Positions 28,389-37,520 of a stretch of DNA of 64,000 nt are shown here, in pieces. Each line of letters opens with the position of its first letter. The first letter of the stretch is position 1. The notes under the pieces were generated by a model. It was not told where the DNA came from and did not search any database. It saw nothing but the letters and a program-made list of their open reading frames with translations. The translations under genes and the position numbers were made by a program. This DNA comes from Candidatus Buchananbacteria bacterium RIFCSPLOWO2_01_FULL_39_33 (GTDB lineage Bacteria > Patescibacteriota > Patescibacteriia > 2-01-FULL-39-33): contig MHIM01000034.1 of NCBI GenBank assembly GCA_001817505.1, forward strand, positions 51,005 through 115,004, in the 5' to 3' direction.

Positions 28389-29000
28389 ATGGATAAGCCG
28401 GAACTGTTGATTATGAATGTCCTGCCAGCATTGGGTCAGCTTAACGCCATGTTAAAGAATATCATGGCACAAATGAGCACCGATGACCCGAACGAAGCTA
28501 TCAGGTGCATCAACGCTGGTGAGTGGGTTGTCAAGATGGCAAACCTGCTCAAAAGGGTCACGACCATGTCGGTCAGCGGCCCGAAGAAGTTCGTCGTCAG
28601 CGAGCATCTCAAGGAAGCCAATGTCGGCTGGATGGGCGATAACTTCAACCGGGTTTTCCTCAACTTCGTTGAAGAAAATGTGCCCGACGCCACGCTCGCG
28701 GTTTCGCGCCTTGAGAGGAATTCGCCGGACGCCTCCATCCTTACCGAGCTCGGCGACAAGGCCAAGACCAAGCTCGCCCACTTGTTCCAGCTTATGGAGA
28801 AGCAGAGTAAGGGTGAGGAAGGTGTGCTTCTTGTCAACGGCTATGCGAATATCGTGTATGTCGAAGACGATAACGGCACTGTCTGGGCCGTGGGCGCGTA
28901 CTGGAACCCCGACCACGGCTACTGGCTCGTGAGTGCCCTCTCGGTTGAGGTTCCGTATGTGTGGGACGCTGGCGACCAGGTCCTTTCTCGCGATTCTTGA
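28389..29000 (+). CDS. DGR target protein 1 (C-terminal variable region, probable C-type-lectin-like fold)
   Basis: 3' 111 bp match the TR at 29345-29455 with 14 of 17 mismatches at TR adenines; visibly GC-richer than flanks; paralog of 53970-54539. Confidence 0.9.
   Translation: MDKPELLIMNVLPALGQLNAMLKNIMAQMSTDDPNEAIRCINAGEWVVKMANLLKRVTTMSVSGPKKFVVSEHLKEANVGWMGDNFNRVFLNFVEENVPDATLAVSRLERNSPDASILTELGDKAKTKLAHLFQLMEKQSKGEEGVLLVNGYANIVYVEDDNGTVWAVGAYWNPDHGYWLVSALSVEVPYVWDAGDQVLSRDS
28881..28991 (+). repeat. DGR variable repeat VR1
   Basis: Ungapped alignment to the TR: 14/25 TR adenines changed versus 3/86 other bases. Confidence 0.92.
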
Positions 29001-29006
29001 TTTTTT

Positions 29007-29093
29007 GTGATTATGTCCCTTGGGGACTAAATCACTGTGAATTTATGAATCTTAGGTCCTCTGAAACTTTGAAAGTGGATGAGGGCCTTTTTT
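29007..29093 (+). other. Hairpin 3' of VR1 (candidate DGR homing stem-loop) plus terminator-like hairpin
   Basis: GTGATT..GTCCC-TTG-GGGAC..AATCAC, then AGGTCCTC...GAGGGCCT-TTTTT; homologous to 54546-54636. Confidence 0.65.
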
Positions 29094-29344
29094 GTTTGCC
29101 AAAAATATTGTAAAATGAAGTTAGGGACAGCTAGTGCGACGGTTACGGCTTTCGCGCAGCGCCTTGGAAATATATGTTAGAGAATTGCCACAGATATGCT
29201 TTTGGCAAGAGGTGATGTATATTTTTCAAAAAAAGAAAAGAATCGGTGCAACGTGTTGGCGGACTTTGAGGTCCCAAATAATATACAGCCCTAAAATCGC
29301 GAAAGCTTTAAAGGGCAGTGGTAGAGATGGCATATTGCACATAA

Positions 29345-29455
29345 GTCTGGGCCATGAACGCGAACTGGAACTCCGACAATGGCTGCTGGAACGTGAATGC
29401 CAACTCGGTTGAGGTTCCGAATGAGTGGAACGCTGGCAACCAGGTCCTTTCTCGC
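29345..29455 (+). repeat. DGR template repeat (TR)
   Basis: Ten AAC/AAT codons in the VR reading frame; adenine-specific divergence from both VRs; 3' end differs from the VRs (TCTCGC-TACTA vs TCTCGC-GATTC, IMH*/IMH-like). Confidence 0.92.
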
Positions 29456-29457
29456 TA

Positions 29458-29535
29458 CTATTTTCTTTCTTCCGCTTTTTTGGCGGAAGTTTTTGCTATT
29501 ATGCCCTTTTTCCAACCGCCAAGCATTTTACCGAT
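29458..29535 (-). pseudogene. 3' remnant of an avd-like (DGR accessory) gene, convergent on the TR
   Basis: Minus strand reads IGKMLGGWKKGIIAKTSAKKAEERK*; IGxMLGGW is the typical Avd C-terminal motif; in-frame stop four codons upstream. Confidence 0.7.
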
Positions 29536-29688
29536 AATTCTTATTTAGGGTTGTTAAAACATGGAAATAGTTATAAGATAAAAAATAGGATTTTGAAATG
29601 GTATTGATAATTGAAAATCATTATATTCATATCTCCGTATATCTCTCCGGAGAGGTGTACGGTGATATATTTATAATTTCCAACTCTT

Positions 29689-30819
29689 ATGACCATCGGC
29701 CTTGATGCTTCGCGCGCCAATCGGCCCAATAAAACCGGCGTTGAGTGGTATTCTTATTATTTAATCCAAGAACTTAAAAAAATTACGCCTGACGATATTG
29801 ACGTTATTTTGTATACCAACGGAAAATTAACAGGCGGTTTGGAAAATTGCCCTAAGAATTTCACTGAAAAAAAATTATCTTGGCCCTGCCTGCCGGCAGG
29901 CAGGCGCCAGTATCTGTGGACGCAAATCCGTCTTTGGTGGGAATTAATCATCAAGCCGCCGGATGTTTTATTTGTCCCGGCCCACACCATTCCCTTTTTA
30001 CCAATCAGAAAGAAAACCAAGGTCTATGTAACTGTCCATGATGTGGGCTTTAAAAGATACCCGAAACTTTACAAAAAAATCCAGTTTTACTATCACGAGC
30101 TGACGATGAAAAGGCTAAGAAATCGGGCTGATAAAATTATCACTATTTCTGATTTTTCCAAGCAAGAAATTATTGACTTATACCGAGTTAAGCCGGCTAA
30201 AATAGTGGTCATTCCTTTAGGTTATGATCAAGACAGTTATAATGACAAGGTCTTGGCTGACCAAAATATTTTAAATAAATATAACATCACCCAGCCCTAT
30301 CTTTTATACCTTGGCCGTCTGGAAAGAAAAAAGAATATCGGCAATATGATTAAGGCCCTGGCTTATATCAAAGTTGCTAAGTCGGAATTGAAATTGGTTT
30401 TAGCCGGCAATTCTGGCAATGAATACGAAAATATTAAGAAAATAATTATTGACAATAAATTAGAAAAGGAAGTTCTATTACCCGGTTATATCGCTGAAGC
30501 TGATTTGCCAGCAGTCATTAAAATGGCGGAGATATTTCTTTTCCCCACTCTTTATGAGGGCTTTGGCTTGCCGATTTTACAAGCCCTGGCTATTGGTACG
30601 CCGGTAGTAACTTCTGATCTCAAACCCCATAAAGAGGTGGCTGGCGGCGCGGCGGCTTTGGCTGACCCTAAAAATCCAGTCAGTATCGCCCAGCAAATCA
30701 ATAAAATCCTCAAAGACCGGGAATTTGCCACCGAACTTAAAAATCAGGGGCTGAAAAGAGCCAGTGAATTTTCCTGGGCCAAGACGGCCGCTACCACCCT
30801 ATTGATTATAACTCGCTAA
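29689..30819 (+). CDS. GT4-family glycosyltransferase
   Basis: TGVEWY, TVHDVGF, GRLERKKN, YEGFGLPILQA. Confidence 0.92.
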   Translation: MTIGLDASRANRPNKTGVEWYSYYLIQELKKITPDDIDVILYTNGKLTGGLENCPKNFTEKKLSWPCLPAGRRQYLWTQIRLWWELIIKPPDVLFVPAHTIPFLPIRKKTKVYVTVHDVGFKRYPKLYKKIQFYYHELTMKRLRNRADKIITISDFSKQEIIDLYRVKPAKIVVIPLGYDQDSYNDKVLADQNILNKYNITQPYLLYLGRLERKKNIGNMIKALAYIKVAKSELKLVLAGNSGNEYENIKKIIIDNKLEKEVLLPGYIAEADLPAVIKMAEIFLFPTLYEGFGLPILQALAIGTPVVTSDLKPHKEVAGGAAALADPKNPVSIAQQINKILKDREFATELKNQGLKRASEFSWAKTAATTLLIITR

Positions 30820-30890
30820 GGGAATAGAAAGGCCTTTTGCTTAACCGGACTTTTTTATTTTTACCTGATTTTGTGTTAGAATTTAGAGTA

Positions 30891-31919
30891 ATGAAGGAGT
30901 CCAATAATCGCCAATTTAGTTGGAATATTTGCGGGCATGAAAAAATTGTCCGTTTTTTGCAATCGGCGATTATCCATAGCCATCTAGCCCAGGCCTATCT
31001 GTTTACCGGTCCCAGTCACTTGGGTAAAGAAACAGTAGCCAGGAAATTCATTGCTTCGCTGTTGTGCGCCGATCAAGGAAAAAATTTGCCTTGCGGCGAG
31101 TGTCTTAACTGCCGGCAATTAAAAAACGGCCTGCACCCGGATTTTTATGTGGTGGGCAAAGAAATCAATCTTAAAACCGAAAAAGCGCGGAAAGAAATAG
31201 TCATTGATCAGGTCAGGGAATTAAAATACAAATTACAGCAGGCCACTCTGTTTAACGGCTATAAAGTGGCTTTAATAACTGAAGCGCAGCTAATGAATGC
31301 CAGCTCCGCCAATGCCATTTTGAAAATTTTAGAAGAACCAACTAGAAAAACGGTCATAATTATTTTAGCTGATGATATTTCTAATTTGCCGCTGACCATA
31401 TTATCGCGCTGCCAGCTATTGAAATTTCTGCCGGTTCCGACTTTGGTCATCAAGTCGTATTTGGAAAACAGCGGCGCTTTTAATTCTGATTTGTTAGCCA
31501 GGCAATCTCATCATTGTCCGGGGCTGGCTCTTAATTTTTTAAACGATCAGGAGTTAGCCAAATCCGCCAAAGATAATGCCAATAATTTTTTTCAGGCTCT
31601 GAAAGCGGATTTAAACAGCCGTTTTACCCTGGTTGATAAGATCATTAATTGGGATAAGGATGAAAACGTGAATATTTTCCTGCTTAATAATCTATTAGAG
31701 GATTGGCAGCTGATGATCAGGGATTTGGTGCTGATAAAAAGTGATAACGAGTCCTTAATTACCAATCTAAAACAACTGCCGGAATTAAAAAATGAAGTCC
31801 TAACTTTAGATTTTCCCCGAATTAGGGCTATCTTGGCTAAGATAAGCCAGGCCTATGATTATAGCCGGCATAATATCAATTCCAAATCCATTTTAGAAAA
31901 TTTAATTATAAACTTATGA
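30891..31919 (+). CDS. holB: DNA polymerase III subunit delta'
   Basis: AYLFTGPSHLGK, PCGECLNC, HPDF, ANAILKILEEP, TILSRCQ; ATG start at 30891. Confidence 0.9.
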   Translation: MKESNNRQFSWNICGHEKIVRFLQSAIIHSHLAQAYLFTGPSHLGKETVARKFIASLLCADQGKNLPCGECLNCRQLKNGLHPDFYVVGKEINLKTEKARKEIVIDQVRELKYKLQQATLFNGYKVALITEAQLMNASSANAILKILEEPTRKTVIIILADDISNLPLTILSRCQLLKFLPVPTLVIKSYLENSGAFNSDLLARQSHHCPGLALNFLNDQELAKSAKDNANNFFQALKADLNSRFTLVDKIINWDKDENVNIFLLNNLLEDWQLMIRDLVLIKSDNESLITNLKQLPELKNEVLTLDFPRIRAILAKISQAYDYSRHNINSKSILENLIINL

Positions 31920-32986
31920 AAAAAAAGAAAATACTGGTTTGGGCTTTATTAATTTCAGCGGCTGTCATCCTGGGCGGCTGCACCATTAGGATCGGTGGCA
32001 ATAAAGCCAAAGTCATTGACGGCGGCGTTTGGAAATCCAGCGATAGCGGCCTTACTTGGATACAGGTGGCGGATGTTCCGGCCTCTGGCGGCAAAATTGC
32101 CAGCATTGCCAATGTTAATATTCGTCGGCTGGCTTTTGACCCTAATGATTATGAGACCATTTATTTGGCGACCGAAGATAACGGCCTGGTCTACACCAAT
32201 GACGGCGGCGCCACTTGGCGGCAGTTCAAGCAGTTTATCGGCGCTAAAATCAGGGCGATAGCGGTTGATCCAGCTGACAAATGTAATTTATACGTTCTTT
32301 TAGCCAATCAGCTTTATAAATCAACCGATTGCGGCCGTTTCTGGCATAACATCTATTTTCACCAGAACCCGGAAGTTATTTTAACTGATCTTTTGATTGA
32401 TTATAATAATAGTTCAATTGTTTATCTGACCACTAACGCCGGTGAGGTTTTAAAAAGTATTGACAGCGGCCAGACCTGGGTGGCGACTTATCGGCTAAAA
32501 AGCGGGACTTTTTTAGATTTGGTTATGGATTCAAAAGACAGCCGGCTAGTTTATGCGGCCAGCCAAAAGAATGGGATATATAAAACCACTGACGGCGGTC
32601 TGACCTGGGCGAGTTTGGGCGAGGGTTTAAAGGGCTATACCGGCAGCCAGGAATATAAAAAGTTAATTGTTGACGAAGCGACTGCCAACAGCTTGATTTT
32701 GGTTTCTAAATTCGGTATGCTGAAATCTTCTGACGGCGGTGCTACTTGGACCGTGGTTGAGCTTTTGCCGGCTGCTAAAAAAACCACGATTTATGCCGTG
32801 GCGGTCAATCCTAAAAATAGCGATGAAATCTATTATGCTACTCGGACAACTTTAGTAAAATCGCTTGATGGCGGCCGGACCTGGTCGTCTCAAGAATTGC
32901 CATTTTCTCGGTCAGCCAACCAAATAATTATCAACCCCCAGAATCCCTCTGTACTTTATATCGGAACTTTTAAATTAACGGAATAA
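31916..32986 (+). CDS. Lipoprotein with BNR/Asp-box beta-propeller (YCF48/VPS10-like)
   Basis: Lipobox LGGC; repeated S/TxDGGxTW motifs. Confidence 0.85.
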   Translation: MKKKKILVWALLISAAVILGGCTIRIGGNKAKVIDGGVWKSSDSGLTWIQVADVPASGGKIASIANVNIRRLAFDPNDYETIYLATEDNGLVYTNDGGATWRQFKQFIGAKIRAIAVDPADKCNLYVLLANQLYKSTDCGRFWHNIYFHQNPEVILTDLLIDYNNSSIVYLTTNAGEVLKSIDSGQTWVATYRLKSGTFLDLVMDSKDSRLVYAASQKNGIYKTTDGGLTWASLGEGLKGYTGSQEYKKLIVDEATANSLILVSKFGMLKSSDGGATWTVVELLPAAKKTTIYAVAVNPKNSDEIYYATRTTLVKSLDGGRTWSSQELPFSRSANQIIINPQNPSVLYIGTFKLTE

Positions 32987-33052
32987 ATAATAATTCAGGT
33001 TTAAAATTCCGGCTTTAAGAGTTGATAATTATTTTAATAAGGTAAATAATTT

Positions 33053-33604
33053 ATGAGCATAATTAATAATCACCAAAAAGATTTTGATAAAGCGGTTGAG
33101 CATTTTATCAGCGATATCGCTGCTTTAAAAACCGGCCGAGCCAACCCGGCAGTTTTGGATTCAATTAAGGTGGAATCATACGGCACTTTCCTGCCCATTA
33201 ATCAGTTAGCTTCCATTGCCGTGCCCGAACCGCGGTCAATTTTAATCCAACCCTGGGACAAAAGCCTGATCAATAATATTGATAAAGCTATTCAAGGGTC
33301 AGATTTGGGTTTGAGTCCCACCAATGAAGGCGATACAATTAGGATTGTTATTCCGCCAATGACCGAAGAAGCCAGGAAAGAAATTGTTAAAAGTTTGCAT
33401 AAGAAAATGGAAGAAGTTAGAATCGTTATTAGAAGCGTCAGAGACGAAGCTAAAGAGGAAATTTTAGCCGCTGAAAAAAACAAGAAATTCGGCGAAGATG
33501 AAAAATACAATTTGATAGAGAAATTGGATAAAATAACCGGCGATTACAATAATAAAATCAAAGAAATCGGCGAGAAAAAAGAGAAAGAGATAATGACGGT
33601 TTAA
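33053..33604 (+). CDS. frr: Ribosome recycling factor
   Basis: TGRANP, YGT..PINQLA, IQPWDK, PPMTEEAR. Confidence 0.97.
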   Translation: MSIINNHQKDFDKAVEHFISDIAALKTGRANPAVLDSIKVESYGTFLPINQLASIAVPEPRSILIQPWDKSLINNIDKAIQGSDLGLSPTNEGDTIRIVIPPMTEEARKEIVKSLHKKMEEVRIVIRSVRDEAKEEILAAEKNKKFGEDEKYNLIEKLDKITGDYNNKIKEIGEKKEKEIMTV

Positions 33605-33700
33605 TTTAAGAATTTCTAATTTCTAATTTAAGAAACAATTAATTAATTCTTAAATTTTAAAATTTTTTAGAAATTAGAAATTTTTAAATTAGAAATTAAT
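33602..33700. repeat. Gene-less ('empty') copy of the four-helix-bundle inverted-repeat element
   Basis: Left arm differs from 22491-22529 at 2 positions; right arm TTAGAAATTAGAAATTTTTAAATTAGAAATTAAT is identical to 22905-22938. Confidence 0.85.
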
Positions 33701-33705
33701 TAGCT

Positions 33706-34878
33706 ATGCTCATCACCCTCATAATATTTATCGCGGTTCTATCAGTTATAGTTTTTGTCCATGAAATCGGCCATTTTTATACTGCCCGGAGATTGGGAGT
33801 TAAAGTAGAAGAATTCGGCCTTGGCCTGCCGCCGAGAATTTTTGGCATTAGAAAAGTTGATGGTCATTTCAAATTTACCTGGGGCCGGTCAGCAATTGAT
33901 AAGGACAGCCCAACAGTTTATTCGCTTAATTTGTTTCCCATTGGCGGTTTTGTCAAAATAAAGGGCGAGGGCGGAGAGGAAGCGCAGTCGCCCGATAGCT
34001 TTGCCGGTAAAGCTGTTTGGCGCCGTTCAGCCATCATATCGGCTGGAGTGATTATGAATGTGGTTTTGTGCATGGTATTGCTTTCTATCGGTTTCGGCTT
34101 TGGTCTGCCTTCGGCTTTGGGCGATAAGGTTGACAGCCGGGCAGTAGTTTCGGATAAAAATATCCAAGTGATTGAAGTTATAGCTAATAGCCCAGCCAAA
34201 GAAGCTGGTTTGCGAGCCGGGGACACTATTGTTTCCATTGGCGGACAAAAATTTTCCGATATCAAAGAGTTAAACAGTTATTTATCTTCAAATGAAAACC
34301 AAGAACTCTCAGTAATTATTTCTCGAGGTCAGACAGAAATAACCAAATCAATTAAAGTAAAAAAATATTCTTTTGAAAATCGGGAAATTATTGGCTTTGG
34401 CGTCGGCTTAATTGAAACCGCTATCGTGCGTTATCCCTGGTATCTGGCAATCTATAAAGGTATTATCGCCACTTTTATTTGGTTAGCGGCTATTGTGGTG
34501 GCTTTTGCTACTGTCATTAAAAATTTGGTAATTGGCGCGCCGACCGGAGTGGAAGTGGCCGGGCCGGTCGGCATTGCGGTTTTAACCGGCCAAGCCGTTA
34601 ATTTGGGCTTTATTCATTTGTTGCAATTTACCGCTCTGCTTTCTCTGAATTTGGCGATTATCAATATTTTACCTTTCCCGGCTTTAGACGGCGGCCGTTT
34701 GTTGTTTTTAGTCATTGAAAAAATCCGGGGCCGGTCAATTAAGCGGGAATGGGAAAATTTAGTGCACAACATCGGCTTTGTTCTGTTGATGATTTTAATT
34801 TTGTTTGTCACTTTTAGCGATGTAACTAAATATGGCGGTGGTTTATGGCGAGTTATTAGAAATTCTGTCGGTTTTTGA
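33706..34878 (+). CDS. rseP: RIP metalloprotease RseP
   Basis: HEIGH, PIGGFV, PDZ domain, NILPFPALDGG. Confidence 0.95.
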   Translation: MLITLIIFIAVLSVIVFVHEIGHFYTARRLGVKVEEFGLGLPPRIFGIRKVDGHFKFTWGRSAIDKDSPTVYSLNLFPIGGFVKIKGEGGEEAQSPDSFAGKAVWRRSAIISAGVIMNVVLCMVLLSIGFGFGLPSALGDKVDSRAVVSDKNIQVIEVIANSPAKEAGLRAGDTIVSIGGQKFSDIKELNSYLSSNENQELSVIISRGQTEITKSIKVKKYSFENREIIGFGVGLIETAIVRYPWYLAIYKGIIATFIWLAAIVVAFATVIKNLVIGAPTGVEVAGPVGIAVLTGQAVNLGFIHLLQFTALLSLNLAIINILPFPALDGGRLLFLVIEKIRGRSIKREWENLVHNIGFVLLMILILFVTFSDVTKYGGGLWRVIRNSVGF

Positions 34879-34891
34879 GATTTATAATAAT

Positions 34892-35027
34892 AAAAAATCA
34901 CAAATTCAAAATTACAAATATCAAATAAATTACAATAATCAAAATCTCAAATTATAAAAGATTGTAAATTTGGAATTTAATAATTTGAGATTTATTTGGA
35001 GTTTATGATTTTGAATTTGTAATTTAA
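34892..35027. repeat. Degenerate heptamer inverted-repeat spacer (AAATYWC / GWRATTT type)
   Basis: AAATCACAAATTCAAAATTACAAATATCAAATAAAT ... ATTTATTTGGAGTTTATGATTTTGAATTTGTAATTT. Confidence 0.6.
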
Positions 35028-35042
35028 TTCTTGTTTTGATTT

Positions 35043-35387
35043 GTGAAAATATCAATTCCATCAAATATAAATGTCGATTTAGTGATACGCCGTTCTGGCT
35101 ATGGCTATTTACGCGATAAAAATACCGGCAGTGGCAGTTATGTTCGGCGCTTGGGCAATAATTTTTATCCGCGCTTCCATGTTTATTTGGAAAACGATTT
35201 TATTAACTTGCATTTAGATCAAAAACAGGCGAGTTATGAGGGCTCATTGACCCATAGCGGCGAGTATGACGGGGAAGTGGTGGAGCAAGAAGGGGAGAGG
35301 ATAAAGAATGTGATGGCTAACTTAGAAGTTTCTGAAAATGAGCCCGAGCCGGAAGCCAAGAAAGGTTTTTGGCGGAAGTTTTTTTAG
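35043..35387 (+). CDS. Conserved-looking hypothetical protein
   Basis: 114 aa, SYVRRL..FYPRFH..LHLDQK..H.GEYDG motifs; GTG start. Confidence 0.75.
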   Translation: MKISIPSNINVDLVIRRSGYGYLRDKNTGSGSYVRRLGNNFYPRFHVYLENDFINLHLDQKQASYEGSLTHSGEYDGEVVEQEGERIKNVMANLEVSENEPEPEAKKGFWRKFF

Positions 35388-35487
35388 TTGTTACGTAGCT
35401 TGCTACGTAACATTATTTTTTAAAATTTTTAGATAATAAAAAAACCGGCTGATCGCGCGTTGGCGACTGCCGGTGTTATTATTGTGT

Positions 35488-35922
35488 CTATTTCTTAGCT
35501 TCAACTTCGGTTGAAGCAATTATTGAGGAGCCAGAAGGGGAGTAGATTAGGTATTGCTCGTCTAAATTATTAAGCGTATCCAGTACTTTCTTCACATCCA
35601 GGCCATATTTTTTGGCCATAAGTTCGGGTGTGACTATATAGCCAGGCGTAACACGTTCCCATTCCCAAAAGGCCTCACTGCGTTTGACTGGCTTACCGTC
35701 ATAGAAATCCTTAAGGATTTCAAAGCGTGGATTAATTGGTTGATTTTCATGATCGGGTGTGGGTATTAGGAAAAATGCCACGCCTGCCCATATTATTAAA
35801 AGAACAATAAATACAAAATATACTCGTAAATCAGAAATTTTTTCTTTGGGTTTGACCAAACTGACCAAAACCAGAAGAGCAATACTTATCATTAACGATA
35901 ATATAAGACCAAAAAAAATCAT
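35488..35922 (-). CDS. Hypothetical membrane protein
   Basis: Two N-terminal TM helices; AGGAG RBS on the minus strand. Confidence 0.7.
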   Translation of the reverse strand: MIFFGLILSLMISIALLVLVSLVKPKEKISDLRVYFVFIVLLIIWAGVAFFLIPTPDHENQPINPRFEILKDFYDGKPVKRSEAFWEWERVTPGYIVTPELMAKKYGLDVKKVLDTLNNLDEQYLIYSPSGSSIIASTEVEAKK

Positions 35923-36194
35923 TTTTTTTCTCCTTGTTTGTTTGGTTGATGTTGGTTTATTTTAGGTACAAATCGCCACTTTGGCTAACTTATATAAGTA
36001 TATCATATAACTTATAACTTGTCAATGATTTTTTCGTATTTAATTTAAATTAAGCCAAAATAAATTCTTTGAATATTATTGCGTTTTAAGGTATTATTAA
36101 ATAACAACTTTTTTAAATTAATCGGCAATCTTCAATCGGCAATCTTAAATCGTCGCCCCCTTGCTTATTATTATAAATACTATAAAATACTCCC

Positions 36195-37421
36195 ATGAGA
36201 CAATCAAAACTCTTCACTAAAACCCAAAAAAATCCACCCCAAGACGCTTTAAGCGCCTCCCATAAATATTTAACCCAAGGCGGGTTTATTGATATGCTAA
36301 TGGCCGGTGTTTATACTTATTTGCCTTTGGGCTATCGGGTGCTGAATAAAATTGCCGATATTATCCGAGCGGAAATGAATTCAGCCGGCGGTCAAGAGAT
36401 GCTGATGCCGACTTTGCAGCCCAAAAATATCTGGGAAGAAACCGGCCGCTGGGAAACTCTAAAAGAAGTGATGTATCAATTCCAAGACCGTTCTGGCAAG
36501 GAGACGGGTCTGGGCGCTACCCATGAGGAAGTGATTTATGACCTGATTAGGCGCAATGTCAGTTCTTACAAGGATTTGCCGCTTTCTCTTTATCAAATTC
36601 AGAATAAATTCCGAAACGAACTACGCGCCAAAGGCGGACTGATGCGGGGCCGAGAGTTTATGATGAAAGATTTATACAGTTTTCATTTGAGCCAGGAAGA
36701 TTTGGATGGTTATTATAACCAGATGATTGAGGCCTATAAAAAAGTTTATCAACGTTGCGGCTTAGAGGTTAAGGTGGTGGAGGCCTCGGGCGGCATTTTT
36801 ACCAAGAAATACTCTCACGAGTTTCAAGTGATAGCCGAAGCCGGCGAAGATAACATCATTTATTGTCCTAAGTGCGATTTTGGCCAGAATTCAGAAATTG
36901 CCAAATTAAAAGCCGGCGATGCTTGCCCCCAAGACGGCGAGAGTTTAAAAGCGGGCAAAAGCATTGAGGTGGGTAATATTTTCCAATTTGGCGATAAGTA
37001 TGCCAAAGATATGAATGGCTATGCCACCACTAAAGACGGTCAGAAGCAGCCGATACTAATGGCCAGTTATGGTATCGGCATTAGCCGTTTGGCGGCGGCT
37101 CTAGTAGAAGTTCATCATGATGAGAAGGGCATTATTTGGCCTAAAAGCGTGGCGCCGTTTGCGGCGCATTTGATTTCTTTGAATAAAAACGAAACGGCTG
37201 ACGAGGTTTATGAAATATTAATTAAGAAAGGTGCCGATGTTTTATATGACGACCGTGATATCTCGGCTGGTGAAAAATTTGCTGATGCCGATTTAATCGG
37301 CCTGCCTTACCGCTTAGTGGTCAGCTCAAAATCCGGCGATAAGATTGAGGTTAAGAAGAGAAGTAGCGATAAGAGCGAGTTGGTGGGTTTAAATGAAGTA
37401 TTAAAATTATTAAGTGAATAA
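36195..37421 (+). CDS. proS: Proline--tRNA ligase (short form, no editing insertion)
   Basis: MRQSKLF, ATHEE, KFRNELRAKGGLMRGREF, IEVGNIF, SYGIG, GEKFADADLIG. Confidence 0.95.
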   Translation: MRQSKLFTKTQKNPPQDALSASHKYLTQGGFIDMLMAGVYTYLPLGYRVLNKIADIIRAEMNSAGGQEMLMPTLQPKNIWEETGRWETLKEVMYQFQDRSGKETGLGATHEEVIYDLIRRNVSSYKDLPLSLYQIQNKFRNELRAKGGLMRGREFMMKDLYSFHLSQEDLDGYYNQMIEAYKKVYQRCGLEVKVVEASGGIFTKKYSHEFQVIAEAGEDNIIYCPKCDFGQNSEIAKLKAGDACPQDGESLKAGKSIEVGNIFQFGDKYAKDMNGYATTKDGQKQPILMASYGIGISRLAAALVEVHHDEKGIIWPKSVAPFAAHLISLNKNETADEVYEILIKKGADVLYDDRDISAGEKFADADLIGLPYRLVVSSKSGDKIEVKKRSSDKSELVGLNEVLKLLSE

Positions 37422-37515
37422 AATTTTGTAATTTTGAATTATGAATTTTGAATCAATTTTGAAATTCAAATTTTAAAATTAAAAATTCAATCGAAATTCA
37501 AAATTAAAAATTATA
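37422..37515. repeat. Heptamer (AATTTTG)n / (CAAAATT)n inverted-repeat spacer
   Basis: AATTTTG(T) AATTTTG AATTATG AATTTTG AATC ... AATTCAAAATTAAAAATT. Confidence 0.65.
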
Positions 37516-37520
37516 ATATC

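Noticed and set aside
28436-28932. Long alternative-frame and antisense ORFs within DGR target 1 (and similarly in target 2)
   Set aside because: Expected from the higher GC content and codon bias of these genes; no recognisable motifs.
29134-29607. Short ORFs over the TR region (29134-29412, 29354-29548, 29425-29607, minus 29291-29515)
   Set aside because: They are by-products of the TR (Asn-rich reading of AAC codons) and the antisense avd stub; no independent coding evidence.
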